From: Trichoplax adhaerens
Lineage: Eukaryota > Animalia > Placozoa
Length of the DNA: 64,000 nt
Direction of reading: 5' to 3'
Assembly: GCF_000150275.1 (NCBI RefSeq)
Contig: NW_002060952.1
Coordinates: 1,106,452 to 1,170,451 of the forward strand
Shown: piece after piece, positions 11,530 to 26,034 of the stretch
How the letters are laid out: each line of letters opens with the position of its first letter
Numbering within the stretch: the stretch's first letter is position 1
Translations under genes and position numbers: made by a program
Notes under the pieces: generated by a model
Database searches by the model: none
What the model was told of the DNA's origin: nothing
The model's input: only the letters and a program-made list of their open reading frames with translations

Positions 11530-14500
11530 TTATTTCAGTCCGGCAAGAGGAATTTCAGCTAGATCAAAGATGCAAGAAAACATGTAGAATGATGCAGCGA
11601 CATAAGTTAGGTAATAGGTCATTCTACTCATCGGATAGGGGATATGAACGGTCCTATAGAATTGAAATTTATGAACAATATAATTTCAACATTATGACTG
11701 AAAGCTGCTAGCCAACATAATATTTATAATATTAGGCAGTTTGCAATTAAGACTGATTTAGTAAAGAAAACTATTCAAAGTTAATGCTAATACCGGTAAT
11801 ATTCAATAGGACTTTATTAAATATAATGTTTCTGTATGATATTAGATTTAATTTAAGAAACTTACTTTAAAATTTCATGATGTTCAGCCGCATAAATCAT
11901 TAAAGGTAAGAAAAATCCAGTTTGGATATTGAAACAGAAGGAGGAGAAAAAATTAAGAATTTTTATAAACGCCTAAAGGGAAATAGAACGATAGTCCAAG
12001 TTATACCGCACGTATCTTAAAACACTTTTTTGATTGACGTAATATTTTTAATCAAAAACCTTTACCTCTGGATTTGTTAGACTAACTAGAAATACGATTG
12101 TAAATACAATTGCTTCTACCAACTTCTGAATTAATCTGTTGATATTGAATAACAAAGACATATTTCTAACTTACATTGGGTTGTTGTATGAATAACACTA
12201 ATACGAGTATAGCAGATGATATGCAAAATTTTAGGAACAGGTATATTAGTAAGAAAATATTTGGTGCTCAAGCACGTACATCCTAGGGGTTAAGAAGCTA
12301 AATCTAGGATTAGCTAAAAGTTGCTGTTTTTCTCGATTAATGAAGTATTGGTCAACTTTTTCGTACATTCGATGAAATAATCCGTTCACTAAGTTAAAAA
12401 ATTACAATAAAAGTGAGTTAGATACTTAATTTTCCATTATAGTAAGAATTTTTTAAATATCTTTAGCAATATCCAATGCAGCATACGGCTACTATCAGTG
12501 AAAAAATTGCTAATCACGTAACAAATTTTTACTAAACAATCGATTTCTGCTCATTCTATTAACATCTATAACCGTTACCATATTTCTTGCAGTCCACTAT
12601 TTAATAATGAAATAATACTAACGATAATAACGAAAGACAGTGATTTAACGTCTTAAAAACAACAAGATCTTGCTTAGTCAATTCCTATTTAAAGTACGGC
12701 ATCATACGGTATCATATTGATAGCTACCAGTATTAGAGATGAAGAAATATCCTACCACAGTTGTAAAAATAAAAAAATGCCTTGGTACAAAGGCGGAATC
12801 AGTTGGCTGTACAATTTATTATTCTAGCCAATAAATTAAATTCAATAACGTTTCAAGTTACACACTGCAGTGTGATATTTGGCACACTTCAGATGTACAA
12901 TACCTTAAGACTAATAAACTTATGATATATAGATGAAATTAATAGAGTAAATCATAGCATAAAAAATGGTTCAAAAAAGCAAACTAGCATTACAATTAAG
13001 TGACAATAATCCTTTAGGAATCTCAATTCATGTGAAAGGAGTTTAGGTTAATTATTTTATGATATCTTCTTTACATCTCTATTTAATAAATACGATATGA
13101 ATTCAGTTATTTCAAGGATACAGTACAGTAATAATTACATTGCAATTACTAACTTGTTGTATCGCTACTGGCGTAACTTTGTCGTTAGATAATAGAAAGA
13201 ATTTTTGCCGTGTTATTGGATAGAAAATTATGTTTTGCTAAAATCCAGCTGTTTTTAAAAATAAATGATCTTTATGATTTCGCCTTTTCTGATTTAAGAA
13301 TATCCTTTGCTACTAAACAATACTTTACAGTTAAAATGTTTATAGAATGGCGTCTAAGTTGTTTTATTCTTCTATGTTAATAGGTGTTGGTTTATAGCAT
13401 TAGTATGAATTAACCGTACAATAAAAGAAACATTATAATATTGTAAGTTAATAGATTTTAACTTAATTTAAATACCAAACGATAACGTAAATCTAATCAC
13501 ATTATGTTTAGGGTCATGAAGAGTAAATTACTCTTAATTAGTTTGAAAATGTTTGTAATTAGTGTCGACTGCCTTTAATTTAATTTTTTTGTTTGTTAGA
13601 TATTAGAACGGTAGGAATTATTAGGAACCATATCGCATTTTACTTTTTCAATGGCTTATTTTTAGTTTTAGATCAGCAATCAAAAACTATCACTAATCGA
13701 AGAGTTAAATCTTTAGCCAGGTCTCCTTGAATTAAAAATATAAATTTTTAGTTTATGTGATGTGCCCATGAAATCATACGTAGTGAATGTTACTTTCTTG
13801 CATTCCATAACAAAATTGTTCTCTTATAACTAAATTACGCATATTTAACTGTTGAACCCTAATGGATTTCTGTATATAATATCTAAATATAATAGAGATT
13901 TAGATATGAGTACGCCAAGTATATTCAGCTATCGCACATAATTCATTGATGGCTAAGCACGACATATTCTAACTATAGTGTTTTACTTACAAATTTGTGT
14001 AGAATAGAAAACTATCATTAATATGCTTTCAGATATCAGTACCATAGTATATAAAATATTGATGCTCAGTATAAGAAAAAAAATTAAAAGAATATCATGG
14101 AGTAATCAAATCATAAAATTAATTAACAAGTAATCATTAAACTATGGCATGAGCCATTGGAGCTAAAATATAGCTTTTAAGCTTACCAAGATGAATTAGA
14201 GCTGACCCCATAGTTAAATATGAAACCGTAATGCTGATAGAAATAAATGATTCTGTTAACCAAGCCAACCAGTCATACTGAGGATAATGTTGCCGCAAAG
14301 TCTAAATTATCATAAAGAAAATCATTCAATACTTGTAACATATAGGAGAATAACATTATGACATCAATTACTTTGTATATTTGTGGCTGAAAGTAATTTC
14401 ACTATCAACTACGAAATATTTCTCATTTCATAGATCTATAATACCAGTTGCAGTGTTAGGTACTTATGATGTAGTAACATATAATTATCTTCATGAAATT

Positions 14501-17500
14501 AACCTTGGTTAAGACCACAGTGGAAATTATTCCGTGTCGTCTTGCTCTAAAGATGAAGCAAATTTCCAATTATACTTTCATGGTAACAAAATTTAATAAA
14601 TATTTTTAAATCCTGAATCTACAGCTATAAGTAAATATGATCTAGAGTGCGATATTAATGTATTAATCTTATAATTTTGCAGGTAAAGCAATCAGGATAT
14701 ATCTAAATTAGCTCGTGGACATATATACTAGACTGTAATTCAAAAGTTATATAATAGACCTTGCAAGAGAAACATTGCAAAAATGCTGGACTTCATCGAT
14801 CGTTGCAAATGGAGAAACAGTAGCAGATACTTGCTCAGGACTTGGATGGCAAGTTTGTGGTACCACTCCAAGAACAGCATCAGACCTGATTAATATAAAT
14901 TGATTATGTACATTTTAAACAAGATTGATTGATATTCTTGCCATGTACCATAGACATCTAAACACTAAAAATTGTCGTTGATTGTTAATTCATTAATTTG
15001 AAAATTGCCGTATACGAATTATGTTGAATCATATATTGATATTACTAGGAATTATAGCTAAACAAGAATTTTCATTTCGATTTTATGTTGAGATAAGGAT
15101 AGTACTGGGTTAGTGTTCTTGATATTCATACCATAAAATATCGACTATAGCCACAGTTATTAACGCTGCATCGATAGCTAAAATAAAACGCTGTATCTAT
15201 ACTCATAGAGAGTAGAGTTCAGGCAGAAATAAGAATTTGAAGTCGTCAAGGAAAGCAACTAAATTGTAATTAGAAGTTAACTAATTTAGGTGACTTTTTA
15301 CAACATACTTGAACAGGCTTGGCTTGTATCCTGTTATACATCATTGGCATAACATTAATGACTCCTCCTATAGAGTAAACAAAATAAACGATGAAGTAAT
15401 GCTGTAATACAAAAATGATAAAAATGATAAAAGTACCAACATATGACGTCATAAAAACTAATAAAACATGTCATTATTTTTGATATTTTAAGGATACCCT
15501 AAATATCAGCGTTATGGGGTTATTCATTAGCTGAAGATATATCATATTTAGTTAATTTCTTAAATATCTTTTGTCTCCGTTAATTAAAGAAAATTCTGGC
15601 AAGTCGAAAATGAAGTACAATATCTAGTAATGCTATTAATTAATTACCAAAGGCCACCGTCGAAACTAGCAGAGGAGATCCGACGTAATCCCAATTAGTA
15701 TTGGCTACTATATGCAGTTTTGATCCGACAACTAACGTTACAAATACCTGCGTAAAAATGAGGCACAAGAAAGAAAATTAGTCTATCCATTAAGAAATTG
15801 AAGGGATTATTGATAGCTCTATTCAATAAACTATAATTTCGGAGCTATATACAAAGGTTTGCGTCGTATCTATTCATGCTGCGATCTAATACCAACATTG
15901 CTTAGCATGTTAACCGTTATGGAGTATAAATTCTAAATTCTACAGAAAGCACCTATTCATGCTGCAATCTAATACCGATATTGCTTAATCTATTAATCGT
16001 TGTAGAATAGAAATTCTAAATTCTTAAGAAATTGCTCAGGAGAATAACTAGTACTTCCTCCAATTATTTCCAATATCTATCTTTAGCATTATCAAGATGT
16101 CTCTAAAGTTGCTTACCGTGACGAGTAACATGATACACTTGACGAAAGTTAGGACAGTCACAAATGGTTGGACCATAAACCAAAGGAAGAGGACAAATGC
16201 GGCCCAAAACCAAGTAAAAAATGGAATAATATTGACATAACTAGGGGAAATGAACAAAATTGGAAAAAAATAATACTTCATCTTGACGCCAAGGTATTAG
16301 TATTAAATATTAATCACCAACTAGACATGGACTACTAGGTGATAATTATAGTAGCGCAGAATTTTGCTATAACGTACTGGATATATGAATTTTCTATCGA
16401 ATTACGATTTTTAAACGATAATTATATCAGTTACTAGTGACTATCTTTAATATCAAGATTATACTCTTGTATTAAAATTATTAAATTTAATCTGCTTACT
16501 TCGCTTGAATTAGCTGGCCATAAGCTTGGCTACCAGCGAGTACGTAGCTGATCAGAAGCGATGTCCTGAATATAAAATAAGTACGTGTTGAAATACTGCC
16601 AAGGAAACAGCATAAAACCTAGCCAGTTATTATCAACATTGATTATCATTATAAATGTATTTAATATTTTATTAATTAAGTAGCCTGCAATTATAGCTAC
16701 AAAAGTATCGGTATTAAGCCAATTTGGAGCTACTGAAGTAATACAATTGTAGAAGTGTTCGAGAAAAATACTTACAACACCGCAATAGTCGTTAAATCGA
16801 AGATTTCTCTAACACCTGGCAGCAAAAATAGTTTCGAGATCATGTATAGGTTAACCTCTTCATCGGAACTATCTTCATTTTCTTCTAAATTCTTCCCATC
16901 ATCAGTTAGAGGCTGTTCTAAATCGATTTCCTCCATGTTCACAGGCTGAGAAGGATCACTGTCATGACTGAACTTTCTGCCAGAATTTATCAACTTTTCC
17001 TTCTTTTCATTCTCATCGCCTTGTGTGCCTTCTTTCTCATCAAAAGCTGTAGTCTTTTCTTCGTCAGTATCACTGGCAATCTCTTGTAACGGCTTTAGCA
17101 ACTGTCAATGTATTTAATTATATACTGTAGTCATTACCTTCCCGAACTAATTGCAACTAATTTATCTAACTATATGTGTATCAAAGCCATTTGTAATGAC
17201 AGCGCTTGTCAATAGTAAAATAAGTAATAATATAAGAAATCTTTATAATCGGTACTTGATAAATTACCTGATGCCAATCTTTTCTTTTACAAATAACTTG
17301 CGCCTTCTGTAATAAATTCAGGAAGGCATGCATGGCAATTATCTTTAAAATAAAATAGAATTTATATTAAGTAAGATATTTATTTGAAGATACGATATCT
17401 ATAGCTACGTGTAGTTTCTATGGCTACCGTACTAGTACTAGAATAGTGGAAAAAATTTTAATATCGAAACATGCGAGTAGAGAAGGTATTGGTACGACAG

Positions 17501-17916
17501 CTATATTGTGCCAGAAATATTATTATGCATGGTAATTTATAAATCGAGTGCCATTCACTAAGTAGTAAAGTAGGGATTAAGTTGCTTATTTTATACCTGT
17601 GATATACATGATAATGAAACATCAAAAATCAATGGGCCTAAGCCAGAATGGGATAAGGTGACTGGTAAACCTTGAATTGAAAATTATATTAAAAATATTT
17701 AATTGCTGCGATGCATTACTTGCAGATTAATTATTTCAAATTTATTAAAGGCCCAACTTATCCTGACTAACCTAACACACCAACCCCCATAATCGCGGCA
17801 ATAACGATAAAGTCTGAAAGATAAATAAATTAACGTTATGGATGTTAGTCGTAAATATGTTCAGAATAGCCCAATTAAATATAGAAATTATAACATTTAA
17901 AATATTTAAGAAGCAT
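11530..17916 (-). CDS. Multi-pass amino-acid permease (Trp/Tyr permease / Aa_trans-like, APC superfamily)
   Basis: Spliced exons give FIVIAAIMGVGVLGLPVTL (from 17772-17813), an acidic loop (16776-17100), LISYVLAGSQAY, PFVTVLTFVK, STVAFGGVINVMP, WSDAVLGVVPQ, ISITVSYLTMGSAL, QPNAFIKILNFFSSFCFNIQTG (11866-11972) and a last exon 11530-11653 ending LAGLK*. The start codon and exons between ~12200 and 14185 are uncertain. Confidence 0.78.
15870..16024. repeat. Two-copy ~83 bp intronic tandem duplication
   Basis: ctattcatgctgc(g/a)atctaatacc...aaattctaaattct at 15870 and 15953. Confidence 0.85.
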
Positions 17917-20900
17917 GCACGCAAGGACATCGATGCAATACTTTACAAAATGGAGTTTAAACAGAAAATCGTTGACACAAATGTAGTGCCATTGAAACCC
18001 CAATTACTAATTAAATCACTACTTTTAATATTTATACTTCCGCGATAGTCAGTCCTACTTTGACTCTTTAGCTAGATAGCTTTAAAATGAATGAATTTAT
18101 AGTTGATGCAGGTGATTGTGATCATTAGCTGTAGAGTTGACGATTGACTGTATAGTGTGCGCATGTATTTAGAGTAGTCTTGGATGTCAAGACTACCTTG
18201 GTTTAATAAACTATTTTAAAAGCCTAAGTCTAGTCTACACTTAGCCCGTTGGGGGCATATTTGGCTGTTGTAGCCTTAGTATTCGTACAGATTCAAAGAC
18301 CCAGGTTTCCTTGTCGTGGGCTGAACACGACAGTGATGTAATTCTTAATTACTTAATTGATTATTGATAAATGACATGGAATCAATTACTTATATATAAA
18401 AATTGGATATTTAAATCTATGCATGTATTCGCCTGTTTCTGGCTTGGAGACAATTTCTATCATTGATACCCTCGACTCTTTATATAGCAGGTTAGTTTCC
18501 GAAATGATATCGCAAAAATAAAAAAATGTCAACCAAGTATGATAGTTCTGACAAGTTATAAGTATTATAAATTAATAGGAACTATACGGTAGCAAAGCGG
18601 CTTGTTTCACTTTCATAGGGTGAAATTTAGGGTAATCCCACTTAGATTCCATATCATATATATATACATCGGTGGTATAAGTACCTTTGCATTCAATACG
18701 GTTTAAATTTAGCTTATTAATAAGATAGTTAGAAGCCTAGTCAATGGATATGAATGGATATGAGCTAAAAGATTAGAAGTTATTAGTTATCTTATTTCAT
18801 AAGTAAGATTAAGCCAATAATTTGAATGCATTTACTAAAAAACTAGGCCTCTTGCTTCTTATATGAAATAAGAAATCCTATGCATAGTCGATGCGGATGA
18901 TTTTAATCAAAAATTCATGTGTTAAAGTATTTCCTGATCGTATTTACTGTTATCGTACCTCACTAATAATGCATAAGTAATCATAATTCTCAACTGCTAG
19001 AGATAATAAAGTAACATGATAGCATACAAGCTCCGTTTAACTTCCATAAGTAAAAATTTAAATTCAACTCGGATCAGTTTTTAAAAATTTTTATGGGTGT
19101 CAATCAGTGCAGTATATTTACATAGAATTTAGAAGAAATATCTCAAATTAGCGATCACTTAGGCATTCACAAGCCCTAATCTTAGATAGTAAGTGCATAA
19201 ATGTTATATGACTTGATGAATAATATTGATCATTTAATCAGCTAATAAGGAGCACCAACGATAGCATAAAGATAAGGTCGAAAATCTTGGCTTAACTTAA
19301 AATTACTAATAAGAAATGACCGTGAATGAAGCGAAAAGGAATGATTCTAATCTGAAAATTAATGAAATTATTCATAGTACCGAGTGTATTTACTATAATC
19401 TCATCTTTTAAATAGTTTATATCAATCGTAAATAGTTCAGACCAATCGTAAATGTTTGAGTACTGCAAACTAATGATAACCAGATCATATAAAAACCTCT
19501 TGTAGTCTAAAAAAAAACAGGAATTAATGTTGCATATTTGAATTGGCGGATTTGTTTCTCAGAAGCATTAATGCAGATTCTACTGTATCAATAAGATGAT
19601 TGTTAGTTCGGGATAAAATGCGAATTCTAGGTAAATTGTTGGACTAGAAGTTATTAATTAGTTATCCTAGTAATAAAGAATAATGATAATAATTAAAAAT
19701 ATTGATTCAAAAACTGGGGTTAACTTGTATTATGTAGAAAGCAAAACCACAATTACTGTACTACAGGTATATGATCATCCTTGATCGATAAAACTAACTG
19801 TATTAAATATTACTTTTTTATCATAAATACATCAAAATGATTGTAGTTCTAAAGTTATAGAAAGAACCGAATGAGCATGGTAGCATCGGAGCCTCGTTTT
19901 GATTTATTTCATTAAAAGTCAACCCTAAACATCTTGTATCAGCTGCTATAACACTTTTAACCATTAAAGTTAATACATGCTGTTGGGGTCCGATTTTTTA
20001 CATTTAGATACTTACAAACTTGAAAGTAGATTGCAAATTCGTCAAAACTATAAGGCTCCATAATGGTTATCACTTATCCACGTAGAATGAATAGCAATAC
20101 TTTAAATCTATCAGGTGGAAACTTGTCGTAAATTTTTGCCTAATGTAGACTATAGAATCGTTTATAAAGCAACTTTAATCTAAAATTACTATTGTAAAAT
20201 ACTGGCAGTTTTTAATATATCCTACGTTATAAATAGATTGGGTCAAGGTGAAAAAGATATTCATATAGAATAGGCAAAATCATTCTTATGGAATGACATC
20301 ATTTCTTGCCTATTGTATGGAACAATGTAATAGATTCAATAATTGATCCATTTCCATATTGATATATTGATTGCATAAGGTATAGACAGTCTTTAAGTCA
20401 TATTTTGCCCATATGTTTTTATTGTTATTCAGTCCATGAACTAGTAATAGCAGCGTCATGGATGATCGATTAATGGTGAATTACGTAGGCAAAAGACATT
20501 AAAACGTGTAGCTTTGACTTTAAGATTTCAAGCGTCTATGAATAATGATCGGCATAATTTAATGAATTATTTATAATAAGAATAATTTTGTAAACCGATT
20601 AACATCAATAATATATGCTGAGACTATTGATTTGGAAGAATTTTACTTCAAGGTTATCAAAGCCAACAAGTGGTAGATTACATGTTTTTCGATCGATTGT
20701 ATAGTATAAGCTAACGAGAGAATAAGATCCCACATGTAATCATTTAGGTGATTACTTATAGGACAACCGAAGCATTCATGTGAAAATAAATTTTAAAGTA
20801 AGTATTATATGAGATAAAATAATTCATAAATCATGAGTAAAGATCATCTCAGAGAAAGAAAAGTTAACGAAATAGTAATTGCCAATCTATTGTAAATATT

Positions 20901-23900
20901 ATCTTTATGTTTTTATTATATCATTTCTGCATGAAATTATGCTTAACTTCTCTCAATCTTTTCTTGTAATCCTAGACTGCATATATTTTCCTTGGAAACT
21001 ATTTAATTTCGTGTCCATTTCATAAACATGGCCTAAAGTGAATTAGTACCAAAATTGTGATAAATACTGAGCTTCTATAATAAACTAGGAGAAAATAGCA
21101 GTTTTTATATAATACAATCCCAATAACTACGTAATGTTAAACCGTAAAAGTTGTAGACCATTTGCTAATACATAGACCTTTAGGAGCTACTACAGAGAGA
21201 TTGGTAGGCAGAAATGATCAATTTATTGTTAAATACGTTATAAAACCAGCTGCTCAAAATTTTTCTAGTATTTCCAGCCGTCATATTGATAGCTATTCAC
21301 GTTATAGCAAAATTTATCAATTAGTTTTGGATCTCAACAATAAATAAAATGAAATTTAACCTCAGCTAAGCTTTGAAACGGCTTATTTCATGAGAAGAAC
21401 GGTTTGGGATCAAATATTACCTTAGTAACTTAAATTGTAAAATTATCTTCTAAGATATAGTAATATCATATTGCGATTTAGATTTAGTAATCTTATGCAC
21501 ATTTACAATCACCGCCTAATATCAACTGCAGTTAAGAATTCCTTTTTGCGAAAGCATATAAAATTATTAGAGAAGATATAGGAAATTAGTAACATAATTA
21601 TTAGCTATAAATTACAGCATTGAGTCGAATTTCTAGTCAAAAAATGGTATGACATAATTGTTCGACTGAAAGAAACGATAAAAAACATAAATAGATCCTC
21701 ACTCATTTATCATGATCAGAGTTTATGTTAGCATAGGAGAACTCGCCTTTTCTACTGCGACCTTCTCTTCAGAAGGTGCTTAAATAGCTGATAATAATCT
21801 CATAATAATCTTTCGGGATAAATTTGTGCTTGGACAGATTTATTGTGTTTGGCTTGGTGCTATTAAAATGAATTTATACTCCAGATGTGGAATCAATATT
21901 CACTCAGGCATAGTTCATATGGTACTTATAAGCTTCGTACACACCAAGCTAGCAGTACACAATGAACTTAATGAAACTAAAGGCAATATTTACATTTAAC
22001 GCTTGTAAGAAATCATATTGGCATGATAACCTAAACTGTAAGTGAGCGAAGACAATAATTCTCTACAAATTTAATTTTCTCTAAGTGTCACCTAATTGAA
22101 TTTAATCATTTTACATCATTTGAATGGGTGCTAAAGATCATTTTATACTATCATAAACTTCTATAATTACACAACCCACTACTGAGGGAATCAGCATCGT
22201 TATCACCATTATTTTAAACCTATATTGGTACATAAACGATGAAACATAGTTGGCCAATTTATACCTTCTGTCTAGGCATATCCTACGTCATTGCAGAACA
22301 AATCATAATCTTGCCGGTTGTTATTGTTCATTTTAAATTGAACTTATTTTCCTATGGATATATCAACCATAAACATAATTTTACGTATTTACCTTTCTTT
22401 CATTCATTTAGATCACAATTGAATTATGTCTCAAATATTTTATGTCCATGAAAATTTCCCCTTTTTGACGTCATGGTCACATTATGACGAAATAATTGAA
22501 TATAAAGCCGTCTGAAATTATCTATACTATATGATTTTTAATCTTCAAGTACTGGTAGCATACCGTTTAATTAATATTATTGATATCACATTCTCAATGA
22601 GATGGAACTAATCCTAACCAATATAGGCTTAGCAACAAATATAACAACTTTTCAAACTTTCAAGTAGTACAAAGGAATAGATTCTTTATATATCCAAAAC
22701 ATCAGGTCTTGTAATATGAGTTAACCGCGTATTTGGAATAAACATAACGTGAGCTCAGCACCCATTCTTCGTTAGGTTTACCTTGATTTAAAATTTTATT
22801 CCTCCCCTTTCTGGTATACAGTTTCTATATACATGCACCTACAGTAAAGTTAGTGTTTATTCAATTTCTAGTTTAATTTTATGGAATTAAATTAATAAGT
22901 ATTGCTAAATTTCAATTTCATATTCATTAGTAAAACTAGATCATTCTGTTATTATTATGTGAGGTGTCGAACTAATCGTGCGTTGGCATTAAGTTTATCA
23001 ATTTTTGCAACAAATTTCAGACAATTAGATCGGCTGAGGCTTTCTCAGTCTTTAAAACTGTGATTGAATTGCAATAAGGACAGAGAACTATTGCTCAATT
23101 TACTTTTTCCAGGAAAATCTTCTTCTTTGTTTTTTATGAAAGAACATTGATGTCATTAAAACTCTAAAGGCTGAAACAACAACCGCACTTTAAAGGAACA
23201 AGAAATTTGTGCGTGACTTTTAGCTTTGTGTGCATTATTACTTTCATCATCACTTTATGAAATGATAGTGTAAAGAAATCAAACCCAGTAGATCCATTAC
23301 GGTATCTAGATTAATCAGCTAAAATGCTGTATAGTAAGACCCTTAGTAAATCTTAAGAATGGTAACAATCTGTCACTTTTATTCCTTAATATCGATTCTA
23401 GCACTACCAAGCCAGGATAATGATTTCACATCTATCTTACTCTACTGATCTTTTTCTTGTCATAACAATCAATGGTGGTTAATTACCGTCAATTTTACTC
23501 TTTAACTTCCATTAGAGCTATAAAATATTCAGAAGTTGATTCTGTCTATCTATAATATTGTCATACATTCGCGGTTAAGGGATAATTTATCTTCAGATGT
23601 GCTTTAGTAATTGCTAACTCATTATATTTTGATACATCATCCAATCTTCCCTAGACAGCAACTCGATATCCTACTGACTAGATAATATCCAAATGTTCTT
23701 AGAAATTATCCATTGTCCAATAAGTCAAGTTTCATTCTGTAACTGTAAGCAAAGTCGCTATGTTTGTATATAGAAGATTGCCGTAGTTAAAATAATGAAA
23801 ATGTTTTACTGTATGTGGTCCTATGTCGAGAAATATCGATTGTTAACGAATTTACCCTTCTCCTAGATGGTGTTCAGATCGCTTTAAAGCCGTAAATTTG

Positions 23901-26034
23901 CCTATATAAGATTTTTCGTTCATTTTCCCAATTGATTATTGCTCTATAATTTCGTCTGATAATAAATTTGCACATGCTGAAATCTTATAGCATCTCAAGT
24001 AACTTAATCTTTGAGTGATATGAAGCTATTAATAAATGGTATTAAGAACTAAAATGTGCAGGAAATTAGCTGTAATAGCTATGTACATTACGTACAGACA
24101 ATTACTTTGATAGACCAATAAAGGTAGCTCTGTATCAGAGTATTTTATAAACGTTAGAAAATACGCGCATAAGTGAGATTTATTGACTTAATCGATATAT
24201 CAAGATGCAATATACAAATAAAGTAAAGGAGTATTTACTGGCATTGATTACTGAACTTTTTCGGTTCTAAATGATATATACAGCGAAATAAATCCAACTT
24301 TCATTCCGAAATAAATAAAAAAAAAACAGTATAGATTGCAATTTTGATACACCTTAGCAATTATCCTATCCCATCAGAACTGCAGCATAGAAACTAATCA
24401 CAAACTGTATGTCTCAATTTGTAATGATCAATATAATTGTTCGAATATACTGTACGTTTCAGAAATTAATTTATAAATAAGAGAATACGCATTAGTAAAT
24501 ACCAATTAAAATTTTTTCGACTTTAAATAGATGCTGCCATAGTTTAAATTCATCTTCATCTGCAATACTATCGTACTGATAGAAATTGTATAAAATGAAT
24601 GAATAATTATTCTTTTATGTCAAAGTCATCATATCACCAGATTAATTTCAATTTAGTGGTTATTTGTATAGCAGTTATTCAATAATTGGTATTCCCTGAA
24701 CTGTCATCCTATAAAACGATATTGTAAAATTAATATACTGTAACATAGCTTAGCTGTTGGTTGTTTTCGTAGAAATTAAAAGCAATATAAAATAGCTTAA
24801 CAAATGATTATAATGTGTTTCAGCTTTAGATACTAGCTCCATAGTAAATTATTAGTTGAACAATATCAGTAAGTTGGTGGTTAGTAACGTACGCATATAA
24901 TATCCACATCGTCTAAAACCTATCACTTATTCACTTTACACTATTATCTAAATTTTACATAATTAGTCGAAAATTACTGGATATTAATTTAGCTATTATT
25001 ATTATGCAATATTTTTACTTTCATTATTACCTCTTTGATCATGGTCTAGCACAATATTCTTTACAAAGTACTCCATTAAGTAATGATAAACAACAGCCTT
25101 CCTACGATAGGGATTGTTGTGTATAATATCAACGGAAGAGAGTATGATGCCTATGAGATGGGTGCTAACTGCATTCTGAGTGAGTGATTTACGTCATCAT
25201 TTTTTATAACAATCTGCTAATTGTAGCAGTGTAAATTAGATAAATACCACAAGTTAATTATAGTTATTAGAATAGTTTTGGTCTTTTTAATAATATGAAG
25301 TGATAATTAATTTGTGACCTTCAATTTTCAGTAAATATGGTTAGGGATAGGATCTTCTTAGGATAATAAATAGGGTTATTAAGGATTAGAAGATAAATGA
25401 CAAGACTTAGAATTCTGATATCGGCTTATGCTAATACCTATAATCAAAACGAGAATAAATATTAGTCACATTATATGCGCCTATTTGTTATAATATATGC
25501 ATTCATTGTATAGTAAGCAATCATTTAAGTAATTATCGTCAGTCAATTTGTAAATATTCCAATGTTTAGCATAGCAGCTGCCACATCCTATCAATTCACT
25601 TGAGGTACGTAGGAGTTAACTGCAAAATAAAGGTTTGTAATAAATATCTATGCAATTCGAGATGATATGATCAAACTATCAAATCGAGTATCGTTGCTGA
25701 TATTTAGCATGACATGATAGAAAGAATATAGGGATGATATTACTTAATGGATGTTTTCGGTGAGATTCTCATAATGGATAATAGGTTAAGTTGGCAGGTG
25801 GTGATTCTATGGCATGAATGTTTTCCTAAACATGTGATCCTCATGTAGATTGAATTAGTGTTAAATATGTAGAAAATAATGAAGAAAAATGATTAATACA
25901 ATATGATGATTACCTTATGATCTTCCTGCAATATTTACAATTTCTATTCAATTATATAATAAAATCAGCTGCAATTACAATATAATGTACTCAATTTTAA
26001 ATTTATTATCATCAAGACCAGTGTGGTAGCATTA

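Noticed and set aside
13113-13120. GTATCCTT U12-type donor on the minus strand inside the permease gene
   Set aside because: No in-frame exon or compatible acceptor could be linked to it.
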